63,416 bases of DNA, filler included, from Reticulomyxa filosa (GCA_000512085.1; 18 parts of 18 records of this genome joined end to end with filler, not necessarily neighbours in it); one strand, 5' to 3'; shown: positions 1-13,300, numbered from the whole stretch's first letter. Translations and numbers: made by a program. Notes: generated by a model not told the origin, from the sequence alone.

Positions 1-42
1 TATTATTGTTATTATTGTTATTATTGTTATTATTGTTATTAT
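1..42. repeat. (TATTATTGT)n microsatellite
   Basis: Visible tandem repeat at the window start. Confidence 0.85.
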
Positions 43-1299
43 TTGAAGTATCCCAAAAAAAATTCCACCAACGCTGTTTCGGAGGAGTAGGGCTGGGATC
101 GACGTTCTTCCATTGATTTAACTCAATCGTCACTGTCGCTGTTCCTGTTCCTGCTGTTGCGGTAGTGGTTGTCATTGTCGTCGTAGTACTCTCTTCGCCA
201 ATGAGCAGATGCGTCGGCTTACCTTGTCGCTTCAATTTCGCCAGGATACGATTCTTCTCGTACATATCCACAAATTGCACCACGCGATGCAAGCAAATGT
301 AAGATAGACACACCATTGCGATGGATGCCATGTAACACGTCCATATCTCTACAATGTTTGCAAATAGTATCCAATAGTAGCCAAATATCAACAGTCCTGT
401 GCCATATATTATCATCAATATCACCGTGCAAATCAATAACCGTCGAATTTCTCCTATCATATATGTACGTGCATATATATTTTTTGTATTGTCTTTTTCA
501 TTTTAAAAAAAGTACCTTTGACTTCCATTACATCTCGCACTTGCTGTATCTGAAGAACAGGATACATTCCTATGGATACAAATACTAATCCGGTTGCTGT
601 GATTACGTACATCCACGCCGACGTCTTCAGCGTATCAGTCAGTGCCCTGTTTGTTTTTTTGAGTTAAATAAAAGTACTTTACGTATATATATGTACATGT
701 ACGTATAATTTGTTTGAAACTAACATGATAATGCCTTCGATAGCGATGAAAATAGGAAACGAGGCGACAAACAAAATGTTGAAATTTCCCAAGAATTCAT
801 ATTTCATGGTCCACGGGATGTAGTTGACACTAATTATGTGCCTTTGCCAACGGATATCCAATTGGTGGATGTCACGTGTAAAATCATAGTATAGCAACCA
901 TATGCGAATAAGTACCCACTCGATCACCATTACTCCGCTGCCGCTGCATACATTCACTATGTACCTTTTCACTCTTCCTTCTTTGTTTAGCCATGGGTAT
1001 ATTACCATTATTGCCGATAGCGTCCGGATTACTTTTTTTTTTTGTTCCCGAATATGTTTCATCATGCACATTGTTGTATACGTGTGTGTACGAATTTTTT
1101 TTATATTTGAGTGTTTACCAGTCAGGTATATCAGTGATGCTATAATAATTAATACTACCAACATTGGGCGTCTTTTGTGGATAAATGAATGGCGCTTTCT
1201 TTTCTTGTAGGCCACGATGCACCATGTCACGTAGGGTAAGACACCCACAGCCGTTACAAATAACCATCCAAAATATAACCACTCCGCCAAGTCAACCAT
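43..1299 (-). CDS. 7-transmembrane receptor-like protein, probably 7TM-RGS family (multi-exon; 3' end uncertain)
   Basis: Spliced translation gives ~7 hydrophobic segments: MVDLAEWLYFGWLFVTAVGVLPY..HKRRP..IRTL..RIWLLYYD..QVRDVMEVKGEIRRLLICTVILMIIYG..MVCLSYICL. GT-AG introns near 1119-1032, ~730-648 and ~515-453. Similar layout to the RGS-containing gene at 47765-49766. No RGS domain is visible in the window. Confidence 0.6.
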
Positions 1300-1850
1300 T
1301 CTTTTTTCAAGCTTTCCTTTTTTTTTTTCTCCTTAGAACACAAATATATGAAAGATTTTGCAAAAGGTTACAGATACGAAAAGATTCAGCTTGAGGCAGA
1401 AGTGCCTTCGAGCTCCTAGGCTTGTGGTTTTTGTTTTGGTATGAAAAAAGTAATGGGTATCAACACTAAACGTATTTTGTTTTTTGCACACAAAACAAAA
1501 GCTAGATGAACAAGTTAAGAGTTTCTTTCTATTACTTCCAATTTTTTATACCACTTAACCCACTGTATTTTAAGACCAGTACTTACTTCTTTTTCGTGCA
1601 GCATAGAAATCAAATGCATACATATTTCCACGTTCTGCTTTCTTGCGTTGAAGATCGCTAGATTGAACAAAATGATGGCCTCTTAAAAGATCAAAAAGAT
1701 GGTCATTTAAAAAGTACGCAATTTTACTTTATTATGTATTAACAAGAGAACAGAAGTGCTTGAAACATATGTCAAGTATTGAAAAAAAAATTGAATCACT
1801 CATAAAAAATTAAATCACCGAACAATATTTTTATTGTTGGAAAAGTAATG

Positions 1851-3232
1851 CTATCCCCACATACGAATCACACCATTGACTGTTCCATAACATAGCTTAA
1901 CACCACATTCACGACCATTATTGATTTTTCTATTCGTTCGTAATTGTAGGAACTTAAGACATGTTATTTCACCATCTTCGTTGTCATCTCCGTCAATCAA
2001 ATACAATTCATTCTTGTTTGATCGAATATCCCAAAAACGAATTGTACTATCTCTTGATGCAGAACATATCACATTTGAATTACCACAAACTACAAATGGT
2101 GAATATTCAACAGCATTCACAGGGCCTGCATGTCCATTAAACAATTGAATTAGTTGGCCGGATCGAATATCCCACAAACGAACACTTTTATCACCTGATC
2201 CAGATAATATTGTATTTGGACCATCAATCATTCCTAATTCATTTGATCCATATTTTACACTTCTAATCCAATGTCCATGTCCTTCAAATGCAACGGATTG
2301 TTTTGCTGTTTCAACATCCCATATACGAATTGTATTATCAAATGATCCAGAACAAATTGTATATCCATTACCACCAATTACACCAATATGATTACTTTTA
2401 TTATCATTGTTATTATTGCTTTGAATTGGTGAAATATCCACACACCAAACAAAATGTTTATGCCCATTAAAAATATGTAATGATTTGGATGTTTCAACAT
2501 CCCATAAACAAATAGCCTTATCACCAGATCCAGAGCATAAATATCGACCACCATTAAATGGTGACAATTCAATACAACAAATACCATCAGTGTGTCTATT
2601 GAATATTTGCGATTGTCTACTATCATTAATATCCCAAAAACGAATTGTTTTGTCAAATGACGAAGAACAAATAACATTTTGACGATGATTATAATAATGA
2701 TATGGTGAAAATTTCACACAATACACAGAATTTAAATGTCCATTAAATGATCGAATTTGTTTGTTGTAATCAATATCCCATATACAAACTGCATTATCAG
2801 ATGATCCAGAACAAATGAACTGATCACCATCAAATGCTGAATAATCAATACTCCACACAGTGTTAGTGTGTCCAGAGAATGTATTGAGTAATTTGGATGA
2901 TGAACGAAATGTGTCAAGCATAAAGACTGCTGTGGTCTATTTGAATAATGTTCATAAATAACAAATAAATATTTTTCATGATGCAAAATAAAAAAGAAAA
3001 CGTAACATAATTGACAACAAATTTGTCAAAGTCCTGGATCCATCCTAATTTAATATTTAATATTCGAATCCAATATTTAAGTATTGCTTTAATTTCTTCT
3101 TCTTCTGACAGATTTATCTTAAGTCGTGTGCAATCAACATTAAATGGTCCTGTCTTCTGGTGGAAGGATTGAAATGAAACTTACCACTTCTGGTTGTGCT
3201 GAGAACATACTTTTACTGATAGGATTCCCCAT
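1851..3232 (-). CDS. WD40-repeat protein with N-terminal GWIxDFDK cassette module; exons 3232-3185, 3117-3007, 2936-1851
   Basis: About 7 WD40 repeats (GH..V..WD) in ORF 1851-2921. Two phase-0 GT-AG introns extend it to MGNPISKSMFSAQPEV|INLSEEEEIKAILKYWIRILNIKLGWIQDFDKFVVNY|TTAVFMLDTF. MGxxxS myristoylation consensus. Confidence 0.9.
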
Positions 3233-3768
3233 TCGTTCAACTTTTGCTGTTTTCTATCTTGAATTGTTTGATGATAATGACGTAAGATTTATAATGAAAC
3301 TTTTTTATCCGTAAAAGGGATTGCCAAAACTATTTGGATGATATGCAGATTAAGATTTTTGCTCTGTTCTATTTTTTTTCTTTTTGATCTAGTATAACGG
3401 CTTGTTTATGTGAATACTTGATTCTTTTCAACATTTTCTTCAATTGCATGTATCCGCATCTTAATGAAAATGGAACAGCTTTAGGCTTATTTATTACAAT
3501 TTAAGAATAGCCTGTTTCAAGAACAGAAATTAGTGTGAATGAGACAACAAAATCTGTCTTTATCTTAGCATATACATAAATTATAATAACTGAACTGTTG
3601 GCAAATTATTAATGAACTGAAGAAATATTTATGAACTCTATTTTTCTCTTTTTCTTCTCATAAATAAAAGAACCTTGGTTACACACAAACAACTAAATCA
3701 GAGTCCTCTTTTTTGAATCATATATCATCCGATGTTCAATCAATAACAAAAAATAATACTTGCAGATA

Positions 3769-4400
3769 TTAAGAAAGGAATGTACAAAATACATCCAAAT
3801 TGTTGTATGAAGTAGTGATACTAGTTTGATCAAATCCTAATTTATCTAATTTAATTTTCAAATTTTTTTTAATATTCAATTGTTTTATTGAATTCTTTCT
3901 TCTTGAAATACGATGATCATGTAATATTTGCAATCTAACACAAGTGCAAACAAAATAACTCCATTGCTTCATCAAAATTCTGAATCGCTCCTAATTCTAT
4001 TAATTTATCTGTGCCTATAGGCCAAGAGCAGATGAAAATCGGAGTATTAATAAGTTGTTGAATATGGTCCAATTATAATTTTTTTCATAATTTGCTGAAT
4101 TAATTATCATTGAAAAAGTAATACTTATTGTTGAGATATTTGATCATTTGATTTTGCAAATTGGTCAATATTCGTTGCAACTACAATAATTCCTTGTCCA
4201 TTACTAATTATTTCATTAACCACTTCATGTGCTTTTTTATTTGCTTCACTCCATTCATTATTTGTATCTAATTCAATTATTTTATCTTTGGGATTTTTAT
4301 GTAAATTGTTTTGTATGGCTTTGTAATAGTCATTTTTGTCTTCCTTTCTATTTTTTCTTTTTATTTCTCTTTTAAAATTTCTTTATCAATACTACCGCCA
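3769..4400 (-). pseudogene. Degenerate TPR-family (kinesin-light-chain-like repeat) gene remnant
   Basis: LKIKLDKLGFDQTSITTSYNNL resembles a KLC-type TPR. Upstream DKIIELDTNNEWSEANKKAHEVVNEIISNGQGIIVVATN is followed by stops and frameshifts. Confidence 0.5.
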
Positions 4401-5339
4401 TCTGTTTTGTCAATTAATTTTTTTATTTTAAATAAATAAATAGATAAATTAGTACTATATAGAAAACAAAACTATGAATGAAGCGAATAAAAAATGATAA
4501 TTGATAATATTTTGATCATATTGCCAGCTATTTTGAAATGAGGTATTGGATTTCTTATTTTATTTTACCAGTGTTGGTAATGCTAATCGTTTTTACCAGG
4601 TTTTTGTCAAATCTTTTTACGTTCAAAGAGACAAATGTCAGTTTAGGCAATTTTTTTCCAAGAAAACGAGATTTTGGGACATTCTTTGTTTAGTAGTTGC
4701 TAGTTATATGAAAAAAACTTCAAAAAAGAAACCCTTTTCAAACTTCATTTTTTAACAAAACTACGGTAATTTTTGTATAATCTTTCTATCTGAGAAATTT
4801 ACCATTGTTGCAAGGATAAATAATAATTCAGATGATAAAAAACATTTTTACGCCTACAACACTATAATATTAAATATTTGAACCATTTCTTTTTATCTTA
4901 TTTACCTTTTTTTTGGGGTAGCGGTTTGCATTTACTTCTGTAGAATTCTTACCAAATTCAATTTGCTTTATTTTAGAAATAAATGCAAGATGTTTTGATT
5001 TATAACAATTTAGGTTGTTTGACTTCATTTAGTCCAATATTCAGTCAAATTTTAACTTTATTTGTATTTCAAAAGTTCATTATGAAAGGGTGAAACAAAA
5101 AAAACAGTCCGAATTAAATACAATTTACTTTATTTGAAGTTGGCATTACCAATTGCCTACTAGTTGCAAATATTGGCAATCTTTCTCTATATTCTGCTCT
5201 AAAATTTGTAGATACATATAATTTTTTTAATTGTTTTAGTTTTAAGCATTTATACAGTTGAATGCAAAGTAAAGTTGAAACCTAAAACGGTACCTTATAT
5301 AAATGATTGATTTTCTTAATGAAAAAGCAACATTCAGAC

Positions 5340-6310
5340 CTAATTTTTAAAAAAAATATCTATAAATTGTGTAGTTTTTAAATATCATTAGTTTTTTATT
5401 AAATCTTTCATAATTATTTCAGTATTTTACATTTATTTTTCTTTTTTTTTAGCTATGTATAGTTCGATATTTGAATTTTTTAATCTTTTTTTTTAAAATT
5501 GCTAAATGATTTGAGAATTTTAATAAATGACTTGCTGTTGATCTGTTGAGTCAGTGTTGGAGTTTGCTCAAAGTTGCAAAAAAATTTAGTTTAAGTCATG
5601 AATGTGTGCGTAAATAGAAGTTGATGTTCAAAACGGAAAAATGTATCAATAAAAAACCAAGAAAATGGCGTTCGTTAAAAAGTACCAGAACGAATTCAAC
5701 GTCTTGTTACTGTAGTGTTATTGCTTGATTATAAATGTAAAATTGATTTTTATCAATGCATATATTTACAAAGAAATTCTATTTGATGAAATGCTAAAAA
5801 ACATTTATTTTGTTAAGAATATAATGAAGATTGAATATTCAATCAATATAATGCCACCAGTCACACAGTAATTACAGTAAAAGAATAGTTTAAATAAAAT
5901 TCTATCAAAATATTAAATTTCACTCCAAATTCTAAAGACATGAACCCAATCGAAAATATGTTATTGACAATGAAAACAAAATACAAAAATAGATAATTCA
6001 TGTCAAAAGAATAGCCTTAGAAACAATTTGAATTAGAATCGGAAAAAATTGACAAATGAACGCATACAAACTTAATAAAATCAATACCAGAGCGAATACA
6101 ATCAGTATTCAATACAAAATGTGGTTTAACCAAATGTAGCAAATGATTAGTGAATACAAAGCAAAAAATAGTCAAAAACAATCATGACTTTACAATGCAC
6201 AAACTTTGAAAATAACATTAAATTCTGCAAAAAAAAATTGTTTGTGAATAAAAAATTTAGTTTTCTCAAAAACTACACAACGTAGAATTGTCATTTTTTT
6301 TAAATATCTA
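5340..6310 (+). mobile_element. Degenerate Tc1/mariner DNA transposon (DDE transposase remnant ~5580-6140)
   Basis: Translation from ~5835: IFNQYNATSHTVITVKE*FK*NSIKILNFTPNSKDMNPIENM..NLIKSIPERIQSVFNTKCGLTKC. This matches the Tc1 consensus FQQDNAP.H..WPPNSPDLNPIENLW..SMP.R...VI.AKGG.TKY. Imperfect inverted repeats: ttgtgtagttttt (~5367) and aaaaactacacaa (~6268). Confidence 0.8.
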
Positions 6311-6367
6311 CGCATTGAACACTTTCTGAAAATGTTTAAAAAAGTTGTCAAATTTCATTGTTACTAC

Positions 6368-6596
6368 TGTAGGGCAAGGCCCTATAAATACCTGAACGTT
6401 GAAGGAACCTGGGAGTCCCCAGTGGGCCAAAACTCCTCGACCAACTTCACTTACTCTTTTGTTTTGTCTTCTTCTTTTGTTGAGTCATTCATCTTTCTTT
6501 TATTTAATTCACTTTTGTTTTACCGAACACTGGTTTCCTGAGTAAAACCCTTTTCGTATTACATTTAGTATAACCTCTTCCAGCTGACGTCCCACA
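6368..6596 (+). mobile_element. Solo-LTR-like (or MITE-like) element, 229 bp
   Basis: Begins TGTAGGG, ends CCCACA, flanked by a 4-bp direct repeat CTAC (6364-6367 and 6597-6600). Internal TATAAATA. Related to 19575-19796. Confidence 0.7.
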
Positions 6597-7292
6597 CTAC
6601 ACAGTCACTATTGTTAATTTTTTCTCGAAAATTTTCAAAAATCAATAAAATATTCAAATTTTTTAAACAATTAGTAAATATGTAAAAAAAACCAAAATGA
6701 TATTTAAAACTGCACGGTTCGTATATACTTTTTAAAAAAAAATTATGTCTGAATCTTCATTTTAAAGAAGATATTTTATTAATCCTTAAGCAAATTTCTT
6801 TCATCCTTGTTTATATTAGAATGTTTTTATCAATGAATTAAATATCAAAAAACATATTCATTATTGATCTCTTAAAACATGACAGTAAAAAAAATGGTGA
6901 ATATTATGGAATAATTCATCTAAGCATTGAAGAATAATAATAATAATTTAAGTCATTTGCAAGCATAATTGAATGCTTCAAGCATATCTAATGTCAAAGT
7001 AAATAGCAAGAAAGTATTGGAAAATCCTTAATTGTAGATATGCACAGCAAATAGTAATAACAAAAAATCACTACAGTTGTTTTTTATAAATCAATTAAAT
7101 TTTCTTTTCAAGAAATTGATTTGTTAACATTGTGAAGATTTTGAATATTAAGACAAAACTTAAAATCAAATTCAATTGATCTGGTTGTATCTCAAATGTA
7201 GGATTTTATTTGAATTTAGAAAAAAAAAAAGTTTTTTTTGTCAAAGGGAAAAAAGATAATAAATAATAATAAAAAAAAAAGCCAAAGAATAA

Positions 7293-9399
7293 ATGCAAAC
7301 AAATGACAGAGAAGAGCGAGTAAAAGCTTTGGAAGAAGCAAAGAAAAGGTTAGAAACAAGAAAGCGCGAGAGAGATCAAGCACGTGAGCAGAAGAAGCTA
7401 GGACAGAAGAGCAAAGATTATGGAGAAAATACAGTAGCGACAACAAATGAGATAATAGAGAATTTGAAAAAAACGACAAAAGGTACAAGCGACGATGTGG
7501 TGCAGCTGTTGTCTCCCTTATCCTCCGTCCCTGGGAAGCGTGTGGTGATATCGGAGGTGGAGAGCGTGAACACACAAGTGATCCAAAAGCGAGGGAAGGA
7601 GAGTTACGAAAAGGGGATATCAACAGACGGATTGGAGTTAGCCCAAGACGCAGAGATAATTAAGGAGAATACAAAAGAGGAGGAGATCAAAAAGGTAATG
7701 AAGGAGTTTATGTCGGACAAAGTGAAGCCGTGGCCCCCTTTGGACGCCAAGCCCAAAGACGAAGAAGTGAGAAACGCAAGCGAGTCCAAGGAGGTGGCGG
7801 ACTTGTCGTTTTCAAGCAACAGTGCGCTTCTCGGAGATGGCGAAAATGCGTCAAGCGGGATAAAGGCAGTGCCGCAAGTGATCGAGCCGTTGGTGATGTC
7901 GAATGAAGCAGCGGAAGCGTTGATATCAGTAGCAGGATTTCAAACATCATTTGCAAAGAAGTCTCGTTGGGTGGAAGGCTTTCTGGAAGAGAATGACGTA
8001 CATAGCATATTTTGGGAATTGGATAAAGATCGACGAGGCAAAGATAAAGAAGATCAAAAAGAATCATTGCAATTCAAGCAAGAATATAGCCTTTCCAATC
8101 ACAGTAACAGCAGTACAACAAACCATCATCATCATCACCACTATTACAATAGCCATTCCAATAGCAACAAACATGCACCACACGAAAACAAAGCGGTATA
8201 TGATATGGATTGTTGTCAAACGAATACAGATCTGTTTTTGGTTAGTTATGGCAACAATGTATTTTTCAATGCGGCCAATAATAGTAATAACAACGATGAT
8301 GTGAAAAGTGCATACCCATACTATATCCCGCCGTCGTCGTCCTCAGACGAACCCGATGGCGAAGTGGCCGTATGGAACTACTTGTCGCCACAACAACCAC
8401 AGCACTGGCTCGAGTCGGAGTCGACCATCACCGTAGTCCGGTTCCATCCTAGCAATCCCTCGCTGATCTTTGGTGCCACTGTGAGTGGTCAAATTGTAGG
8501 CTGGGACGTGCGCGCCAAAGTAACGCCGCAATTTCGCTCACGCATCGGACACAATGCGCCCGTGTACGCCATGGAGTTTTTGGCGTCGTCATCGCCTTTG
8601 GTTCCCGCCCATCGCAAGATGTCCCCCCCATTGATCACCGTGTCCAACGAAGCTATGATTTGCAGTTGGAATGAGGAATGCTTGCAGAGCCGCAGTCGCA
8701 ATGGAGAATGAATTGCAAGATCCTTCCCCTTCTTCTCCTTCGTCATCCTCGTCGTCCTTGCTGCCTCCATTGACTGAAGAAATTTCCACGACATGCTTCT
8801 CGTATCCTTTCGCAAAGGAAAGCAAAGCCATAATTTATGGAAGCGACGAAGGTCATTTGTACAAAATCGACTTGGAAGCCCAATCATTGCAAAATCCGGA
8901 TCTGGCCGTGGATCAAGTGATCCAGGATGCACACTTTGGACCCATCACCAATGTCGAGTTCCATCCTCCGACCAAAAAGCCCAGTCGTCACATCGATATG
9001 CTGTTCTTGACCAGTAGCTTCGATTGGACCGTTAAACTATGGGCGCTCGAAAAAAATCACATGGTCGAACTGACGTCGTTTCGAGATATGCAAGACTATG
9101 TCAATGATGTGAAGTGGAGTCCAGCTCATCCTTCTGTCTTCGCTTGTGGCGATGCCAATGGCAATATCACTTTGTTCGATCTCAATTACGATTTTGAAAA
9201 CCCCGTCACTGCGCCCTTCTTGTCTTCGCCCGATGCCTCCATCGCCAAACTCGCTTTCGCAAAAGAAGGCAAGCTCCTGCTCGCTGGTGATTCCAAAGGC
9301 GTCGTTCGTCTTTATGATGTCAACTCCAATTTCTATGATCCCTCCGATGAGGAGTTCAGAATTCTTGATGACACTATTCAACGTCGAATTCACAAATAA
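7293..9399 (+). CDS. DYNC1I: Cytoplasmic dynein intermediate chain (WD40); reading frame broken at ~8675-8712
   Basis: N-terminal charged coiled coil, PDGEVAVWN, GH.APVY, AHFGPITNVEFHP, FLTSSFDWTVKLW and DYVNDVKWSPAHPSVFACGD are dynein IC motifs. Split between ORFs 7293-8711 and 8671-9399. Confidence 0.9.
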
Positions 9400-9888
9400 T
9401 TGCTCTCTATCTTTACTCTCTCTTTCTCATACTTTTGTCATCGTCATCATCCTCCTCTATCCCCCTTTTTTTCTTGCTACCCATACATTTCACTTGTAAT
9501 TTTTTTTTTTTGTTGTTGGGGAGGAGCCAAAAAAGGGGCGGGCAGAAACTTCCGGCCAGAAAAAAAAGAAAATTTATAAAATAAAACAAAGTTTGGGTTC
9601 TACTGTTTTTTTTTTTTTGCTCACTTGAAATATTTGATTACAACTTGTTTCTTGTACAGACATAAAGTCACTTTTGCTTCATTTGTATTTTTGCACTGAA
9701 TTTTTTTTTTGGCCGGTATTTCGGCAATAGAAAATCACCAGTCAATTGTAAAAATTGCTCTAAATTGGACAATTACTTTTTAAATTTTTGTGTTGGTAAG
9801 TGTGCTTTTTTTTTCATCAAACGGCACATTCTTTAATTGACACTTGCCTAAAAAATACTGTTTAACATAACGTCAAAAAAAAAAAAAA

Positions 9889-9988
9889 NNNNNNNNNNNN
9901 NNNNNNNNNNNNNNNNNNNNNNNNNNNNNNNNTTAATTAATTAANNNNNNNNNNNNNNNNNNNNNNNNNNNNNNNNNNNNNNNNNNNN
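9889..9988. other. Artificial contig spacer N44-TTAATTAATTAA-N44 (first of 17)
   Basis: Identical 100-bp spacers also start at 12115, 13343, 15057, 16633, 18160, 20590, 21895, 33007, 38241, 39415, 47665, 50792, 54975, 56658, 59022 and 60200. The linker places stops in all six frames. Confidence 0.97.
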
Positions 9989-10029
<41 letters not shown>

Positions 10030-10030
<1 letters not shown>

Positions 10031-12114
10031 AAATAAAAAACGAGACATCAGTAAACCACAACAACAAAAAAAAGTCGATAGAAAGTATACATTGAAACTA
10101 GTAGATAAAGACATTCCATGGTTATATTGGAATGATTTTGAGGTCGCTACCGATCCTAACTTATCTTTTGACATATTTGATCAAAATAACAAAATTGATA
10201 CTAAAGCTGTCCACCCTTCTTCTCAGGTAATTCTTGTGGAAGAAGGGCATTGTCCGTCTGACTCTACCAAAGCGACTGCAAAAATATTGGAACACTTGGT
10301 TCGTGTAATTGACGATGAGCAATCCTTTTGCTTTGCTTTGGCTGCTTTTGACAGTTTGAAAGCAAAACTTGGTCCAACGACATTACAAAATGTTGATAGC
10401 ATACTTGCGAGTACTGAACAAGTTTGTGTTTTTTTTTGAAATTGGAAAGTAGGTTAAGAAATGATAAAACAACATGCATACAAAAATAGATATATCAAAC
10501 ACTATTTATGGGCAAAGTTTGGAGCGAGTTGAAAGTAGAACAATGGTTATCTTCAAAGCAATTGTTTGTGATTGTAAAGATTCTTGCCAAAGATAAACTC
10601 AATTCTGTTGTTATGCAAAGTATAAGCGACAGCCTCCGTTGTTTTGCATTGAAAAACAGCAAAGATGGCACTCCTTTTGATAAGTTTCGATTAATCCCAT
10701 GTGTCAATTACTTGGAGTTATCCAAGTGCATGATCAACGAAGGTTTCAATGATCTTTTTCAAGGGATTAAGTTTCAAAACAGCAAAGTACAATCCATTGA
10801 TCCAAATGACTTGATTGAAGTTCTCACCTTTGGCTTGGAATTGCGAGAGGATAAGACATTTATTCCCACACACTGGATGGAGGATCATTTAATTGGATTA
10901 TTACAGAATCACAATCATTTGGTTGAATCTACTCTGCAACTGTTGTTCGATAACACCAAGTGTGATGAAACAGTGAAAACTAATCTATGGAAGCGATTGT
11001 GGAAGAATAAAAAATGTTGGACTCTATTTCAATCGCGGTATGAAATACTATTCGACGTATGGAAAGTATTCATTTCAAATTTACAGCAGTATGTAAGTGA
11101 TTTCGCAGATATTCCCAATCTATTGCGTGGCTTTCAATCTAAAAAATTTCGAGAGTTGGTTATGGGGTCACCTGATACTATCAACACATTCTTAAATTTT
11201 ATTCAGGAACAAAAATGCATGTGCGTGCATGCTCGTATTTTTGTGTCTTTTTGGAGTTAAAAAAAAAAATAAATAAAAGGCATTGGCTCTATCATGAATA
11301 AATAGATGGAAAGATGAAAGTACCATAGCAAATACAATTAAATCTTTTTGTGACAAAGTCGATGATCAAGGATTGGTTGTTATGATAAACTTAACACGGA
11401 CTGTTTCGTAATATTTTATCAAAGCATTTTATCTTTTTTTTTTTGCTTCAACTCAATCCAACAACTATGCACGGAAGAAGTTTTTATTTATTTTTTTATG
11501 TGAAGGTCCCAAGTAAAGAACTGACCATTCATATTTTGGAACGGCTTTTAAAAAGTGAAGCAAGTCGGTTGCATTGGATTAAACTATTGGCAGATTCTAA
11601 AATCACTGCAAGTCCTGTGTTGTACGAATTACTCAGAGAATTCTTCAAGAACTGGCTAAATAGGAAAGAAAAGGAGGAGAAGAAGTTCTCGTATGACGAG
11701 CAGCCATTTCATTCCAGAGCCATTGAATTAATATCTTCTCCCACATTTCAAAATGCCAAGTTATATCATTCTGATTTTATGGAAATTTTGGATGAGAGAG
11801 AGCGCGAATTGTGGTTAAACAATAAAAAGTGGACATCAGACCAAATCAAAATCACCTACGATTGTGGAGATACAAAATCAGATTTGTGGGAGAAGATGCT
11901 TCGTAAAATGAATAATATTCCACCAATGGAAGAGTTGAATGAGAATAATATAGAATCAGCCAGTAAAAAACTTTGTCAAAATTTAGACTATTGCTTGGAT
12001 TGCCAATTATGGCTTAAACGGGAAAACCCAATGCGAAAACAATTGCTAGATTTTTTCAATAAGGTGTGGACTCATTTAATAGAAAACAAGGCATTACTTC
12101 CCATTTACGTTTAC
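10030..12114 (+). CDS. Internal fragment of a large multi-exon alpha-helical protein of unknown function
   Basis: Co-linear long ORFs 10092-10439, 10508-11260 and 11443-12114 are separated by AT-rich GT-AG intron-like segments. Both ends are truncated by spacers. Confidence 0.7.
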
Positions 12115-12214
12115 NNNNNNNNNNNNNNNNNNNNNNNNNNNNNNNNNNNNNNNNNNNNTTAATTAATTAANNNNNNNNNNNNNNNNNNNNNNNNNNNNNN
12201 NNNNNNNNNNNNNN

Positions 12215-12519
12215 TTTTGTAAATACAAACAATTGTTATGTGGTTCAATTGGACAAGAATTTGGGTTCTGCTTAAGAAACTGTTTTAAGCAATTCTCTCC
12301 GACAATTAATGTTTCGTTCATGTTTTCGTGTTGAGGGCAACCAATCTCCATTGGATTGTTGGTTACTTGTTTACAAATTAAACAAATAAAATCGTTAATA
12401 TCTTCTTGCTGGTTCAGTTGTAAAACCCAATTTTTGTCAAAGCAAGCCTTCTGTTGAGGAACTAACTTCGGAGTAGTCTTCGTACTCTCTTTGCTTTTTT
12501 CCTCTTCCATCTTGCTCAT
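12215..12519 (-). CDS. N-terminus of a RING-like/TRAF-type zinc-finger protein (truncated)
   Basis: [37 protein letters not shown] has degenerate RING spacing. The contig ends at 12215. Confidence 0.7.
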
Positions 12520-13214
12520 TTTTTTTTCTTTAGACTTCTTTTTGCTTCTTGGTTTCTTGTTTCTTTATGTATATGAATTGATTAAAGAGTTTTTTTTAAA
12601 GTTTTATTGAACTAGAGAATTTTTGTGGTGAACGACTCTAATTTTTTTTTTTTGAACAAAAACTACTCCATTTGAAAAAATTTGTATCACATAGTTCTTT
12701 TTACTTAAAATAAACTATATTCTAAACACTGAAATCATGAGAAGTAGATAAAACATTTATTGTTAAAGTCAAAACAATTACAAACACATTACATTATTTG
12801 GAAACAGTTAAACAAGAAAACAAGATTATTTAAAGGTTCAAGTAACAAAGTTGATGCATCAATAGATGGGAAGTTTACAAAAACTAGTTTGTTGATTCGC
12901 ATTACGAAGTGCTAAAGAATAATTGTGTAGTTTTTCTCAAAATATCTTACATAATTTTATCTTCAATCATAGTACATTAAATAAATTAACCTGGAATAAT
13001 TTAAATTATTGATATTTGTGCTGTTCTTGCAATCACTGAGTCTCCTTTCCATTTGTTCAAAGTAAATCTCTTTTTTTAATAAAAAATAAATGACATGTGT
13101 TGAATTTGCAAAAGTAAAATTATGCAATAACAAAATGACGCAATGTTAAAATCAATGGATAATAAAGATGAATAACCAAAATCAAGATCATATGGAATTT
13201 TATATATTGCTTTT

Positions 13215-13300
13215 GTATTTGAAAATAATTTGATCCATCCTAATTTTATCTTTAAAGTCCAAATCCAATAATAAATGACATATTTTATTTCATTATTTGA
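13215..13300 (-). pseudogene. Degenerate copy of the GWIxDFDK cassette exon
   Basis: aaacag|TCA AAT AAT GAA ATA.. = SNNEIKYVIYYWIWTLKIKLGWI, then a deletion of the DFD codons, resuming in another frame as (K)IIFKY. Confidence 0.7.
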
